DNA of 64,000 nt from Holosporales bacterium (GCA_031267075.1 JAIRZU010000005.1:17399-81398); one strand, 5' to 3'; counted from the first letter of the stretch, positions 8,753 through 19,585 are shown. Numbers and translations are program-made. The notes: generated by a model not told the origin, from the sequence alone.

Positions 8753-9511
8753 CTATTCCTGCTCCATGGACATGACTGCCTTTCTCGTTGTAACGTACTT
8801 ATCGTCTGAGACCTTCTCGAGTTCATTTGTGATCGGGAGTAGGGCGGATCGCTTCACGACAATGTTGGTACCGTAGATCACGTAGTACCACCTGCGGCGC
8901 ACCTTTTTCTTACCACTAGCTATTGTGAGCTGCGTCAAAGGATCAAGAGGAATGTGGACCAGTTTCCCGACGCCTGATCTCATGCTGCCCTGACCCAGGA
9001 GTGGCAACACCAGATATGGCCCAGGCTTAGCTCCCCACTTTTTAAGCGTGTTTCCGAAGGACGTTGTCTTCTTATCGATTCCCATTTTGGCTGCAACATC
9101 AACAGCCCCAAACACACCTAGCACTGTGTTGATCAAGAATCGGAACACCGTCTTCACGACTCTCTCGCCATCTCCTTGCAAGATAAAATTGACAGCATCA
9201 ATCGGCGAAAAGAAATTATCAAGAGCGTTTGAGATACAGGTCTGCATCGGGTTTGGCGTTATGTGTCGGTACGCTGTGGCGACAGGCATTAGGAACACCT
9301 TATCGAGAATACTATTCAACGCGAACATGAGTCTGTTGAAGGGCTCGAATGGATCGTAGTCGGGCTCTTCATCATCTTCATACAGATCTTCGAAGACCCA
9401 CTCCCCAGCGTCCGAGGCCGGAGTAGCGCTTGTATCTGAAGCGCTACATACATCTCCTGATGTCAGGCAAAGCCCCATCAGTACGATCGTAAAAATTTTT
9501 GCCTTGGCCAT
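8753..9511 (-). CDS. mlaA: MlaA/VacJ-family outer-membrane lipoprotein
   Basis: FEPFNRLMFALNSILDKVFLMPVATAYRHITP matches the MlaA NRxxFxFNxxLD...P.A..Y signature. Confidence 0.8.
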   Translation of the reverse strand: MAKAKIFTIVLMGLCLTSGDVCSASDTSATPASDAGEWVFEDLYEDDEEPDYDPFEPFNRLMFALNSILDKVFLMPVATAYRHITPNPMQTCISNALDNFFSPIDAVNFILQGDGERVVKTVFRFLINTVLGVFGAVDVAAKMGIDKKTTSFGNTLKKWGAKPGPYLVLPLLGQGSMRSGVGKLVHIPLDPLTQLTIASGKKKVRRRWYYVIYGTNIVVKRSALLPITNELEKVSDDKYVTTRKAVMSMEQE

Positions 9512-9513
9512 CC

Positions 9514-10446
9514 TTACTCTGCTACAGTATCAAACATACACTGGTGTATGACGTGCATTAGTAATAATCCATGATCTTTGACGTATCTTACAAGAAATTT
9601 TTTAGCATTTTCGGGAATTGATTTTTCGGTAATGACAATCTGCCGCAGTGTGATGCCGTCTGCCTTGATTACCCGAAGCACAGCATGTATGTCGCGAAGC
9701 TCACCAACTATCGAAACTCCCCTTATAACTCTTCCAACATCCATTGGGTCAAATGTGAGGATCCCAACTGGTTCAAAGTTGAATGAAATGTCATCGTTCG
9801 AAACTATCTCATTCAGGAAGATCTCAGCTGACTCCTTGCTGCCGACCAACAGAACCATCGGATTCTCAATGAGTGTCTGCGGCCCGCTACTCGCCCGTTT
9901 CTCCTGAGCTCTCATCTTTTTAAGCTTCTGGCTATATAGCATTCTACTCAGGAGCCTCGGGATGAGCAGCATCAGTGTTAGCACAAATGTGTTTATCACG
10001 AGGACAGAGTACGGGAGGAAGTCCTCCTTGTTCATGAGGAGCATCAGCGGGAAAAACAGAATATCAGCTAAAACGACAGATAGCAGAATGGGAGCGAAAT
10101 CCTCGATGGAGGTGTATCTCCAGAATGATTGGTGTATCTGCATCCAGGCGAAAACGCTTGAGCTCACCAGCCCGAAAACTAGCATATTCTTTAGGATGTA
10201 GGCAGGAGAGTAATCCAGAAAATCCATCCCTATTCTTAGGTGAATTGAAATGAAGATTGATAGGAAGGCGACGAAGCTGTCGAAGATCAATATAGCGTAC
10301 GATTGATGGACGCTCGCCGCTTCGCCTCGTACCTTTCTATTAAACTCTATGATTTTGGGAAGCATCAGCCTGATGCTAGCTGCGATCCTATCACTCGCTA
10401 TGTCAAGATATCGTCCTATTGCGGATAAGCGCCTCTCGATGCTCAC
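9514..10446 (-). CDS. Membrane protein resembling only the N-terminal region of CapD/WbpM-type polysaccharide biosynthesis proteins
   Basis: 4 TM helices, then VLLVGSKESAEIFLNEIV...FEPVGILTFD (Rossmann-like start). No C-terminal dehydratase domain, and there is no room for one before mlaA. Confidence 0.4.
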   Translation of the reverse strand: MSIERRLSAIGRYLDIASDRIAASIRLMLPKIIEFNRKVRGEAASVHQSYAILIFDSFVAFLSIFISIHLRIGMDFLDYSPAYILKNMLVFGLVSSSVFAWMQIHQSFWRYTSIEDFAPILLSVVLADILFFPLMLLMNKEDFLPYSVLVINTFVLTLMLLIPRLLSRMLYSQKLKKMRAQEKRASSGPQTLIENPMVLLVGSKESAEIFLNEIVSNDDISFNFEPVGILTFDPMDVGRVIRGVSIVGELRDIHAVLRVIKADGITLRQIVITEKSIPENAKKFLVRYVKDHGLLLMHVIHQCMFDTVAE

Positions 10447-10464
10447 TGGTATTCTCTCCTGTGC

Positions 10465-12330
10465 TTAGTTATCTAGAAAGCTTCGTAATCTCCGAGAACG
10501 ACTCGGGTGTTTGAGCTTCCTCAGGGCCTTTGCCTCGATCTGCCTAATCCTCTCTCTTGTGACTGAGAACTGCTGCCCAACCTCTTCAAGGGTATGGTCA
10601 GTTGCTAGGCCTATTCCAAACCTCATGCGCAGTACCCTTTCCTCGCGGCCTGTGAGCGTTGATAAAATCTTATTGGTTGCTGATTTGAGGTTCGCTTGAA
10701 GGGCGGCGTCGGCCGGGAGCACTGCGTTCTTATCTTCTATGAAATCTCCGAGGTGGCTCTCTTCTTCGTCTCCGATCGGCGTTTCCAAGCTAATTGGATC
10801 CTTCGCAATCTTCATGACTCTTCTGACTTTATCGAGAGGCATTATGAGCTTTGCTGCTAGTTCCTCATGTGTCGGTTCTCTCCCCAGTTCACTCATTAGC
10901 TGCTTCGACATCCTGACCAGCTTGTTTATCGTTTCAATCATATGTACTGGGATCCTGATGGTGCGTGCCTGATCTGCGATGGAGCGTGTAATAGCCTGCC
11001 TTATCCACCACGTTGCGTACGTCGAGAACTTATAACCTCGCTTGTACTCGAATTTATCGACCGCCTTCATCAGCCCTATATTGCCTTCCTGTATCAGATC
11101 CAGGAACTGCAGCCCTCTGTTCATATACCGCTTTGCTATCGATATCACCAGCCTGAGGTTGGCCTCAATCATCTCCTTTTTCGCTCTTGCTTCATCGCGT
11201 TCCGCTCTCTGCACTACCTGCAAAGTATGCCTGAAAAACGAAAATGGAACTGCGGTGGTTTGTGATATGCTAGTGGATAGCTGCACTAACGTCTCCAGTA
11301 ACTCCTTACTGGCGGAGCAGAATTGCTGCCAGCTCGTATCACTCCTGGTGGCCGTAAAGTCTTTAAGCCACTGCTCATCGAAATCCTTGTTAATGAGAAG
11401 TGCGGCAAGCTCCTGTCTATCGATTCCAAGTTTCATTGCTTGAGATACGATCTTCCTTTCCATCTCAGGAATACGAGATGCGAGGGCTGCGTGCTGCTCT
11501 TTTATGCTAGCCGTCCTCTTCTCATTTAGATTTATCTCATTGAAGTTCTCTACGATCTCACGCCGAAGAGTGGCGTACTTCTCGCATGCATCAAGCTTCT
11601 TTGTATCGAATCCATACTCCTTTTGCAGCCTGTATATCTCAGAGTAAAGCTCAGCGTGTCTATCAAACTTTTGGAGCAGCTTCTGCTTCGCTTCCTCATC
11701 GTTTGTAATGTTCAGAATTCCCATTTCTTCTGGGGATAGATCGGCGTCTTCAGCATCATCCGAGTCGGAGTACTGCAGTTCTTCGTCGATGTTGTTCGAG
11801 TCTGTAGTAATGATATCCCTAAGCAGGACCATGTTGTTGTTGAGCCTTTCTCGTAGGGCAGCGATCATCTCAGCTGTAATTCTACTTTCGCACAGATTAG
11901 TCCTGAGGGTCGTCCTGTACGTCTCTATCTTCATGGCTATCGTAACTTCACCCTCACGCGATAGGAGGGTTATGTTGCCCATCTCTTTTAGATATATCCT
12001 AACTGGATCATCGCCCTTCGCCTCTTCGGCTACCGGCTCTCCTTCCTCACCCATTCCAGGATGCTGGTCGTTAATGCTACTGACTATCTTCGTTTCCGAT
12101 ACGAGTGCTTCATCTTCAATGCTTATTATCTTCACATCGTTATCGATAAAGTACGATACAATCGCATCGAGCTTCTCGGAGTCGTATTCAGAGCTAGGGA
12201 GCACTTCGTTCAGCTCTTCGTATGTTAGGTAGCCCTTTGTTTTATTGGATTTCATTAGGGTTATAACGTTTGGGTCAGACACGATGTGCTGCTCCCCGTT
12301 CATACCCTCATCATCAATTTCTCTATTCAT
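10465..12330 (-). CDS. rpoD: RNA polymerase sigma-70 factor RpoD
   Basis: [12 protein letters not shown] (region 2.4). [27 protein letters not shown] (region 4.2). Lies downstream of dnaG. Confidence 0.95.
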   Translation of the reverse strand: MNREIDDEGMNGEQHIVSDPNVITLMKSNKTKGYLTYEELNEVLPSSEYDSEKLDAIVSYFIDNDVKIISIEDEALVSETKIVSSINDQHPGMGEEGEPVAEEAKGDDPVRIYLKEMGNITLLSREGEVTIAMKIETYRTTLRTNLCESRITAEMIAALRERLNNNMVLLRDIITTDSNNIDEELQYSDSDDAEDADLSPEEMGILNITNDEEAKQKLLQKFDRHAELYSEIYRLQKEYGFDTKKLDACEKYATLRREIVENFNEINLNEKRTASIKEQHAALASRIPEMERKIVSQAMKLGIDRQELAALLINKDFDEQWLKDFTATRSDTSWQQFCSASKELLETLVQLSTSISQTTAVPFSFFRHTLQVVQRAERDEARAKKEMIEANLRLVISIAKRYMNRGLQFLDLIQEGNIGLMKAVDKFEYKRGYKFSTYATWWIRQAITRSIADQARTIRIPVHMIETINKLVRMSKQLMSELGREPTHEELAAKLIMPLDKVRRVMKIAKDPISLETPIGDEEESHLGDFIEDKNAVLPADAALQANLKSATNKILSTLTGREERVLRMRFGIGLATDHTLEEVGQQFSVTRERIRQIEAKALRKLKHPSRSRRLRSFLDN

Positions 12331-12369
12331 ATATATACCCCACCTTCCTTTTGGTAATGTGTGTGTTTC

Positions 12370-14139
12370 TTATGTGTCTTTCTGTCTATTTTTAATATGA
12401 CTGATTTTAAGTTCCTTGAGCCTATCCCAGGCCTCGGTGCTCATACTTTCGTTGCAATCCTCCTTTGCTCGGGTAATGTCTGCGCGTTGCTGCTTATCTG
12501 AGAAGCCGCATACATACATCCCCCTCCAAAGCTCCGTTACCGCTTCATCGTCCTTGTTTGCTACGTCGCAATTCTTAGAAGCGACAGATCTCACAAGTTG
12601 GATTTCGCTGGAGATGATTTGTCCATGCTGGTCTGATAGGTCGACTCCATCGATCGCTAGATCGCGTATCGTACTGAACCCTTTTCTTGAAAACTCAATG
12701 GTCGCCAACTCTTCTATCACACACGGAATTACAGATGGACGCTCTAATAGTATATACAATAATGTCGCTTCCCACAAGAGGGTTTTTTCATCTTTGTTGA
12801 TGGTAGGCAGCAGGGAATGCCTAAAGCGCTGTGGATTCCCAGGCGTTTGAGCAAATTCATGGATGGGCGATTTTTTTTTGTTGCTTGGTGCTAGGATCTG
12901 ATATATCCTACTACTGATGTCGGATCTGTAAAGCTTCCTGATGTCTTGATCCTGGATGTCGTTTAGGCTGTCCAGGGTGTCTTTTTTCCACTTAGCCGTC
13001 TGTTCTGGAGTTCTGCTACTTTGTGGCTTCAACTGGCTGACGAAGTGTTCCCAGATGAAATCGATCAAGTTTATAGGTTTCTCAAGTATCTGGGACATTG
13101 CTGCCTTTCCGAATTTCTGAAGAAATGAATCCGGATCGCTGCCACCAGGGATAACACAGAATTTCAGGCTTTTCCCAGGCTGCAGATGCTGCATTGCTAG
13201 GAATGCAATCTTTACCATTGCGTTATAGCCGGCCGCATCACCGTCGAGGCATATGATTGGTTCATCTGACGATTGCCAGAGCTTCACTAGATGCTCAACT
13301 GAGAATGATGTTCCCATCGATGCAACGGTCGTGTTGAAGCCATACTGATGCATCGCAATAACATCGATGTATCCCTCAACCAATATAAATGTACTGGCCT
13401 TAGAGATATTTCTTGATGCGATGTTGAAGGCATACAGGGTTGCGCGTTTTTGGAATAAGGCAGTTTCAGGAGAGTTCAGGTATTTGGGAGCGGAATCCTT
13501 CCGCAGTGCACGACCGCCAAAGGCTATCGGCCACCCCCGTTTATTGAAGACCGGAAAGATAATCCTGTCTCTGAAGTAACATACAGATTGCCCATTCCTT
13601 TGAGCAAAGAGACCTGACTTCAGGATGTCCGACATCTCAAATCCAGACGTCACAAGGTGTGACATTAGTAAGTTACCATTTAGAGGAGCGTACCCAATTG
13701 AAAACTGTTCAACACATGACTTATCAATCCCGCGTGATTCGCAGTACTCCGCCGCCTTACCTTCCAAATGCGCCTTGAAAAACTCGAGCGCTTTTTGCAT
13801 GATTTTAAGTTGGACGGAGTCGTCGTCACTGTAGTTCCCCTTCTCTGGGAGTTTGATACCAGCCATTTCGGCGAGTATCTCAATTGCCTGAGGGAACTGT
13901 ATACCGCGCTTCTTCATGATGTAGGCTATGATATCACCAGATGCACCACAGCCGAAGCAGTAGAACGTCCCCTTATCATCATTCACGAAGAACGACCCGG
14001 TCTTCTCACTATGAAACGGGCAGTTACCAACATGCTCCCTTCCGCGTTTCCGGAGGGGCGTATCTTTCCCAACAATTTCTGATAGCAGCAGCTTGTCCTT
14101 GATTCGGCCGAGTACTGCATTTATCCCTGTGACGCTCAT
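12370..14139 (-). CDS. dnaG: DNA primase
   Basis: Zinc finger CPFHSEKTGSFFV..FYCFGCGASGD. TOPRIM LVEGYIDVIAM. Confidence 0.95.
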   Translation of the reverse strand: MSVTGINAVLGRIKDKLLLSEIVGKDTPLRKRGREHVGNCPFHSEKTGSFFVNDDKGTFYCFGCGASGDIIAYIMKKRGIQFPQAIEILAEMAGIKLPEKGNYSDDDSVQLKIMQKALEFFKAHLEGKAAEYCESRGIDKSCVEQFSIGYAPLNGNLLMSHLVTSGFEMSDILKSGLFAQRNGQSVCYFRDRIIFPVFNKRGWPIAFGGRALRKDSAPKYLNSPETALFQKRATLYAFNIASRNISKASTFILVEGYIDVIAMHQYGFNTTVASMGTSFSVEHLVKLWQSSDEPIICLDGDAAGYNAMVKIAFLAMQHLQPGKSLKFCVIPGGSDPDSFLQKFGKAAMSQILEKPINLIDFIWEHFVSQLKPQSSRTPEQTAKWKKDTLDSLNDIQDQDIRKLYRSDISSRIYQILAPSNKKKSPIHEFAQTPGNPQRFRHSLLPTINKDEKTLLWEATLLYILLERPSVIPCVIEELATIEFSRKGFSTIRDLAIDGVDLSDQHGQIISSEIQLVRSVASKNCDVANKDDEAVTELWRGMYVCGFSDKQQRADITRAKEDCNESMSTEAWDRLKELKISHIKNRQKDT

Positions 14140-14165
14140 GGCGTCTATGTTACAATATTCCTGCT

Positions 14166-15422
14166 ATGAATAACGAGTACGTTTTTGCACATCTCACTGT
14201 AATCGTGTTGGTTGCGGCTCTATCTGGTCTGTTTCTGGCTAGGTTGAAGCAACCCGTGATGGTAGGGTATATCCTGGCTGGGATAACATTTGGGCCAAGC
14301 GGCCTTGGTTTTATCTCGTCACAAGTCCAGATCCAGTTTTACTCAGAACTGGGAATCCTACTGCTATTGTTCGTGATTGGGCTTGAACTCAACATCGGAT
14401 CATTCATTAAGATGTGGAAGATTCCGACGCTGTTCACAGTGATACAGGTCGTCGCCAACACTGTGATTGCAGTACTAGTTTCGGTGATATTCGACTTCCC
14501 AATCTTCGTCACACTCCTCGTGGCATTCATTACATCCCTCTCGTCGACGGCAGCGATAGTTAAGGTCCTTGAGTACATAGGCGAGTTTAGAACTGATGTC
14601 GGCCACATTACAATTGGAATTCTGGTGGCGCAGGATATCGCCATCGTCCCCATGATGCTGATCATTAAGAAATGCGGAGCAATCAACAGCTCTGTGATTA
14701 TCAATCTCATACTCGCCATCGTCCTTGTTGTGCTGCTGATAAAATACCTTGGAAGAAAGGACAAGATCGCACTCCCCACAAAACACCTGTTGCAGCACCC
14801 TGAGCTCACACCAGTTATAACATTAGCATTCTGCTTTACGGCTTCAGCGATAGTTGTGTTGCTTGGGCTTTCTGAAGCATATGGAGCATTCCTAGCTGGG
14901 CTGTTCATAGGAAATATGCAGGAGAGGCAGAGCATCCTCAACAGCATAAAGCCGATTCAGAATGTGCTACTCATGGCGTTCTTCCTGTCGGTTGGCCTAA
15001 TGTTCGATCTGAGATTTCTGATTGATAATTGGTTGAGTGTGACGCTGACATTGATAGCAGTCACTACCTGGAAGGTTATCTTCAACACTGCGACTGTGAG
15101 GTTCTTCGCAATCGAGCTAACCAAGGCGGCATCAATAGGAATAATCCTAGCACAGCTCGGAGAGTTCTCATTGATACTAGCCAACGTCGCCACTCAATCC
15201 CAGATCATCGATGAATTCGGGCAGAAGATGATAGTGTGCATAACGGCACTATCGCTCTCGATGAGTCCAGTCTTCATTGCACTCGCAACAAGAACCAAGG
15301 ACCTCTCATTCATCGGAGATAACTCCCCCGTCTCTCTTTGCAAGATACTGTTCTCTAGGAACTTCGCGAAGACCGTCAGGGCACTTTCGTTGAAATACAG
15401 AAAAATGGAAACAAAGGTATAG
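14166..15422 (+). CDS. Cation:proton antiporter, CPA2 (Kef-like) membrane domain
   Basis: 418-aa polytopic ORF. KQPVMVGYILAGITFGPSGLGFI is typical of the Na_H_exchanger family. Confidence 0.75.
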   Translation: MNNEYVFAHLTVIVLVAALSGLFLARLKQPVMVGYILAGITFGPSGLGFISSQVQIQFYSELGILLLLFVIGLELNIGSFIKMWKIPTLFTVIQVVANTVIAVLVSVIFDFPIFVTLLVAFITSLSSTAAIVKVLEYIGEFRTDVGHITIGILVAQDIAIVPMMLIIKKCGAINSSVIINLILAIVLVVLLIKYLGRKDKIALPTKHLLQHPELTPVITLAFCFTASAIVVLLGLSEAYGAFLAGLFIGNMQERQSILNSIKPIQNVLLMAFFLSVGLMFDLRFLIDNWLSVTLTLIAVTTWKVIFNTATVRFFAIELTKAASIGIILAQLGEFSLILANVATQSQIIDEFGQKMIVCITALSLSMSPVFIALATRTKDLSFIGDNSPVSLCKILFSRNFAKTVRALSLKYRKMETKV

Positions 15423-16094
15423 ATGACAATCTGTGAGTGCACACTGATCCTAAGCGGGTTCCTGTTCTGCATCGGACTGCTTGGGTTGTTGAGGCAGCCA
15501 AGCATCGTGAAGGTTATCATATCGATAGAAATCATGATCTTCGCAGGCATCATTAACTTCGCTGTTACGACCGGTGATTTCCCTATCAGGTCTGGACACT
15601 TCGCAATCCTAATCGCAGTCGTTCTAGGCGGACTTGCCATTGGCGTAATCTTTACAATCTGCAACTCGCAAACAAGGGAAAATAAGGATATAAATCTCCT
15701 GGATGAAGATGACAGACTTCCTTTGAAACCTTCAGAATCAGAACTTACTGGAGTAGCAATGGAGAGGCCATTAGACATAGGTGAGAGCACCGGATTGACG
15801 CAGCAAGCTGATTATGGATCATCATCCAAACCTCCAGAATCAGGATTATTGCTAGAAGACACGGAGCGCAGAAGCGGAGTGTACATAGAGGTACATGAGC
15901 ATTCGAGCACCGGATCGACGCCGCAAGAAACTGATTATGGATTACAATTCAAACCTTCAGAATCAGGATTATTGCTAGAAGACACGGAGCGCAGAAGCGG
16001 AGTGTACATAGAGGTACATGAGCATTCGAGCACCGGATCGACGCAGCAAGAAACTGATTATGGAGTGTTTGGGAGGGAGTCTAATGACGGGTAA
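15423..16094 (+). CDS. MrpC/MnhC (NuoK-like) antiporter subunit with a C-terminal tail built from three palindromic-element copies
   Basis: The N-terminal ~95 aa has 3 TM helices and looks NuoK/MrpC-like. The remainder is PSESxLL..DTERRSGVYIEVHEHSSTGSTxQETDYG repeats. Confidence 0.6.
   Translation: MTICECTLILSGFLFCIGLLGLLRQPSIVKVIISIEIMIFAGIINFAVTTGDFPIRSGHFAILIAVVLGGLAIGVIFTICNSQTRENKDINLLDEDDRLPLKPSESELTGVAMERPLDIGESTGLTQQADYGSSSKPPESGLLLEDTERRSGVYIEVHEHSSTGSTPQETDYGLQFKPSESGLLLEDTERRSGVYIEVHEHSSTGSTQQETDYGVFGRESNDG
15729..16066. repeat. Tandem array of 3 palindromic-element copies (one shortened, two with the exact 113-bp core)
   Basis: Cores at 15831-15943 and 15954-16066. Degenerate copy at 15729-15818. 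123-bp phasing keeps the frame. Confidence 0.85.
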
Positions 16095-17901
16095 TGAATT
16101 AAAGGTATTATCCCTACTAATGCTGTTCGTTTCTGGAGGGTGCGGAGCTGCCTTCAGTATGTTTAGGACGGCGAAGTACGGAGCCATCATTTCGTGTATC
16201 GCGCTTGTAGCATCGGTGATGCTTGATGGTGGAGCGGCCATCAGCTTCCAATGGTTTTCAATCAACAAAATGCACCTCGTGTTATCGTTCGGCTTCGGCA
16301 GCACCGAGACTATCATTAGCTCGATCATCACCGCTATCCTCTGCTGCCTGTATTTCGCTAGGAAGATAGAATGCATCGATAAGGCGGTAAACGCGAAATT
16401 CGGAGCTCTAAACATATTCGTAGGCTGCATGTGCGTTGCAGTATTTTCCCAGAATCTCTTCCAGTTCTATGTTGCAGTAGAGGCTATGGGAATCCTGTCC
16501 GCCGTAATTGTAGGCCTGGAAAAGGGAGCAGCTACCAATGCATCAAGAGTCTTTGCCTTCAATAAGTTCGCAAGCCTGCTGTTCTTGATATCCCTCATCA
16601 TAATCGCACTCAGTGCTAAGAGCCTGGAGTTCGTGGATATCCAGAAATTATATTCTGGCAACTGCTCTGGCGGGCTATTCTGGGCATCTGCACTTTTGGT
16701 TGTTTCATGCCTATGCAAGGGAGCACAGGTTCCATTTTCATACTGGCTAATTGCCGCAGCCAAAGCAAACATCTTTGCATCGATACTGATTCACTCTGGA
16801 ACGATCGTTGGCCTAGGAATTATATTCATAACGAAGTGCCACTTCTTGTTTAGCCCGTTCCCGATCCTGCAGGAGGTGATGATTGTATCGGGTATCGTTA
16901 CTGCAATCCTAATGGCTGGCTACGCAACTGTCTACAACAACATAAAGGAAATCATGGCGTGCCTAACTGCATCATCAATCGGAAGCATGTTCGTTGCCTG
17001 TGGGCTAAGCATGCACACTATTGCCGTATTGGCATTCACCTGCCACGCTCTCTTCAAAGCCACTCTGTTCCTTGGGTTCGCGTACTTAATTGCTGCCACT
17101 GCCGGCGAGAAGAATATCCTCAAGATGGGAGGTCTTAAAAACGAGGCGTCAAAGCTGAGTGATATTATATGGATCACATTCATAATGGCGGTTGGCATTC
17201 CGCTTCTCCCTGGATTTTTCGCGAAGGTCCCATTCCTGGCATCGCTTCAACTTACTGAAATGCCGTTGTTAGTCATCGCTAATGTGGTAGCTAACATGTT
17301 CGCTACGATGGCGCTTTTTAGGATTATCGTGGTTGCGATGTACGGGAAATCGAGGATGGATGATCTCACATTATCGATGGTCTCAAACTCGAATGCATAT
17401 AACATGAAGCCGATATGGCTAGTGATTGCAATCTCGATATTCGGATCATTCGTAGCGTGGAGCTCATGTGTATCTGGGAAGCTTCATTTCGGAGAGGCCG
17501 GTGTAGCACGGGTGCGCGACGCCTTTGATTACTTCCTCGAAAATGTTGGTGAGGTATGCCAGATCGCTGCATCCATCATCATCGTTCTCCTGTTCATGCG
17601 CTTCTCCAGATCGAAGTACGTAGATGCGGTACTAGAAACCTTTATGAAGATACTGATGAGGAACAAATTTCACAAGCGCTTCTGCGGATTATGTACACTG
17701 ACAATGCTGAAGATCTTGAGGGGATTCGACGAAGCCAATGTCGCCATTGCAAACATCTTAAATGTGAGGAGCTATAGGGCTTTGAGGGGAGCAGGGATAG
17801 CGCTATCAAACGCCCACCGTAAATTACTGGCAGCTCAGGTTATCTGGATTATCCTTGGTCTCGCCCTCATCCTAGCCGCTGCGATTAGACCTCTCCCATA
17901 A
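16084..17901 (+). CDS. Mrp/Mnh-type antiporter large subunit (NuoL/MrpA/MrpD family)
   Basis: ~605-aa polytopic protein. The ATG overlaps the upstream stop. Proton-pumping-subunit-like helices (WLIAAAKANIFASILIHSGTIVG). Confidence 0.7.
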   Translation: MTGNELKVLSLLMLFVSGGCGAAFSMFRTAKYGAIISCIALVASVMLDGGAAISFQWFSINKMHLVLSFGFGSTETIISSIITAILCCLYFARKIECIDKAVNAKFGALNIFVGCMCVAVFSQNLFQFYVAVEAMGILSAVIVGLEKGAATNASRVFAFNKFASLLFLISLIIIALSAKSLEFVDIQKLYSGNCSGGLFWASALLVVSCLCKGAQVPFSYWLIAAAKANIFASILIHSGTIVGLGIIFITKCHFLFSPFPILQEVMIVSGIVTAILMAGYATVYNNIKEIMACLTASSIGSMFVACGLSMHTIAVLAFTCHALFKATLFLGFAYLIAATAGEKNILKMGGLKNEASKLSDIIWITFIMAVGIPLLPGFFAKVPFLASLQLTEMPLLVIANVVANMFATMALFRIIVVAMYGKSRMDDLTLSMVSNSNAYNMKPIWLVIAISIFGSFVAWSSCVSGKLHFGEAGVARVRDAFDYFLENVGEVCQIAASIIIVLLFMRFSRSKYVDAVLETFMKILMRNKFHKRFCGLCTLTMLKILRGFDEANVAIANILNVRSYRALRGAGIALSNAHRKLLAAQVIWIILGLALILAAAIRPLP

Positions 17902-17948
17902 TCGGAATTATTGGGAAGAGGTGAGTGCTGGAGCACCCAAGCCCCCTC

Positions 17949-18010
17949 CCCCTCCTCAGGTAGCTTGTGGATCTCCAAAGATGTGCTTGACACATTCTCT
18001 CTCACCATGC
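17949..18010 (+). promoter_or_regulatory. 62-bp repeated upstream module containing TTGACACATTCT (copy 1)
   Basis: Near-identical to 19620-19681. TTGACA at 17987-17992. Lies upstream of the secreted ORF at 18093. Confidence 0.4.
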
Positions 18011-18092
18011 AAAGCGAGGGAGGTAGTTGACAGGATCTTTCAACACTTGTACGATGCACGACACGAAATGAAAGATCCCTGAAGTGTGTAAG

Positions 18093-18746
18093 ATGAAGAA
18101 ACAGATAACGATCTCGATGGCGATAATAGCTCTGGCTGTTATTGCACAACCTACTTCAGCTAGTAGCCGATCAGAAGGTTCTAGTGAACGCCGGGTTTTT
18201 GGGAACGTACTTGTAAGAGAACAGAATGGATGGACCGTTTTCACCCCACTACCGCTGGCGTATCTACAACCGGACGAAGAACTGATAGATTGCGGTTGGG
18301 GTGTACGATCGTCGGAACGGTGGGGGGAGGATGCACGTGCAGAACTCCAAAGGGAAGAGAGAGCTTACCCTCCCGAATCCCTACAATCAGAGTTACAAGA
18401 AAACGTAGACCCACTGATTCCCTGGGATGCACGCGCAGAACTGGCTGCTCGAGGGGTAGTGCACGCTTCCCCACCAAGAGGATGGCAACCACGCCTGGAG
18501 GAGGAAGATCACGAACTGCTGCTGGGAGAAAACGTAAAACCCCCGATTCTCTGGGATAGGTCTATGGAACAACAAAGTGGATGGATACTACCGCTGGCGT
18601 ATCCACAATCGGACGAAGAGCTGATAGAGAGCGGCTGGGGTGTACGATCGTCGGAACGGTGGGGGGTGATGAAGAGTAGATGTTGGAAGGCGTCGTCGCA
18701 GCCCACCGAGGAGATAGAGCGTGTGCAGACGAGAGGAGATAGTTAG
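18093..18746 (+). CDS. Secreted repeat protein
   Basis: MKKQITISMAIIALAVIAQPTSA signal. Duplicated PLPLAY(L/P)Q(P/S)DEELI(D/E)(C/S)GWGVRSSERWG module. Confidence 0.5.
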   Translation: MKKQITISMAIIALAVIAQPTSASSRSEGSSERRVFGNVLVREQNGWTVFTPLPLAYLQPDEELIDCGWGVRSSERWGEDARAELQREERAYPPESLQSELQENVDPLIPWDARAELAARGVVHASPPRGWQPRLEEEDHELLLGENVKPPILWDRSMEQQSGWILPLAYPQSDEELIESGWGVRSSERWGVMKSRCWKASSQPTEEIERVQTRGDS

Positions 18747-18868
18747 CCCTGCGCCTTCCTCGAGAACAGTGAGTACGAGTAGATAAAAGAATTGACACAT
18801 TCTTTCGTATCACAGTATAGTTATAATATGAAATGAAAGTTCAGTGAAATGCACGAGAAGGAAACAAG

Positions 18869-19585
18869 ATGAACAAGTATGTGATGATGTTGGTCGTATC
18901 AGCAATGTTAGCAGTGGGAGCAGGAGTAGCTCAGGCGAAGACTCTAGCTGGAAGAGACTGGCGAACAGCGAATAGACGGGAACAGCCGCCTCCCGTAGCC
19001 GTTCAACCTGAAAGTAAAAATCCCACTGAAGGTAACCCTCTCACTCCTGACCAGTTTGCTTCCCTAGATGACATGAGTGTATCAAAAATGGTGGAACTAC
19101 CAGAGGCAGTACCAGCTCTCCCTCTCCCTGTAGTAGAGACAGTACCGGCTCCATCACTAGAAGCACTACGACAGTGGAAACAGCGGAATTGGACGGCCAC
19201 CATTAAAGACGTATCTCATTCAAACCCACTCGAGTGTCGGAATCCATACGTAGTAGAGCGCAGCCTTGCTACCATACCGTTCCAAAATAAAATAGCCCCT
19301 GGGAAATTCGCTGGAGACTTTAGCACCGTAATATTCGAAGCGGATGACTACGGCAGAGTCATCATCACAACATTGCACAACGGCTGTCACCCAATGTTCA
19401 CTACCGATGGAGACCACAATCACGTAATAAACTGGAAGGGAGTAACGTGTTACCGGCGCAGCGGATCAGGCTCATTCATGTCAATATCGAAGAAGGAGGC
19501 CGAAAAGATAAAGATACGGAGCCGCTTTGAGACAGCGCTCAAAACGAGCATGCAACTTGCGAAGGCCTGCACAGAGACCCCATAG
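18869..19585 (+). CDS. Secreted hypothetical protein (MNKYVMM signal-peptide family)
   Basis: MNKYVMMLVVSAMLAVGAGVAQA. TTGACACATTCT lies about 75 nt upstream (18793). Confidence 0.55.
   Translation: MNKYVMMLVVSAMLAVGAGVAQAKTLAGRDWRTANRREQPPPVAVQPESKNPTEGNPLTPDQFASLDDMSVSKMVELPEAVPALPLPVVETVPAPSLEALRQWKQRNWTATIKDVSHSNPLECRNPYVVERSLATIPFQNKIAPGKFAGDFSTVIFEADDYGRVIITTLHNGCHPMFTTDGDHNHVINWKGVTCYRRSGSGSFMSISKKEAEKIKIRSRFETALKTSMQLAKACTETP

Noticed and set aside
12871-12879. A T9 (A9 on the coding strand) homopolymer in dnaG might be a frameshift site.
   Set aside because: The gene is intact and in frame through the tract (NKKKSP), and primase is essential. It is noted only as a sequencing-error-prone site.
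16018-16083. The ORF track gives an N-terminal extension of the large Mrp subunit (MSIRAPDRRSKKLIMECLGGSL).
   Set aside because: This stretch is the third reading frame of the last palindromic-element copy. The ATG at 16084, overlapping the upstream stop, gives a hydrophobic N-terminus typical of the family.
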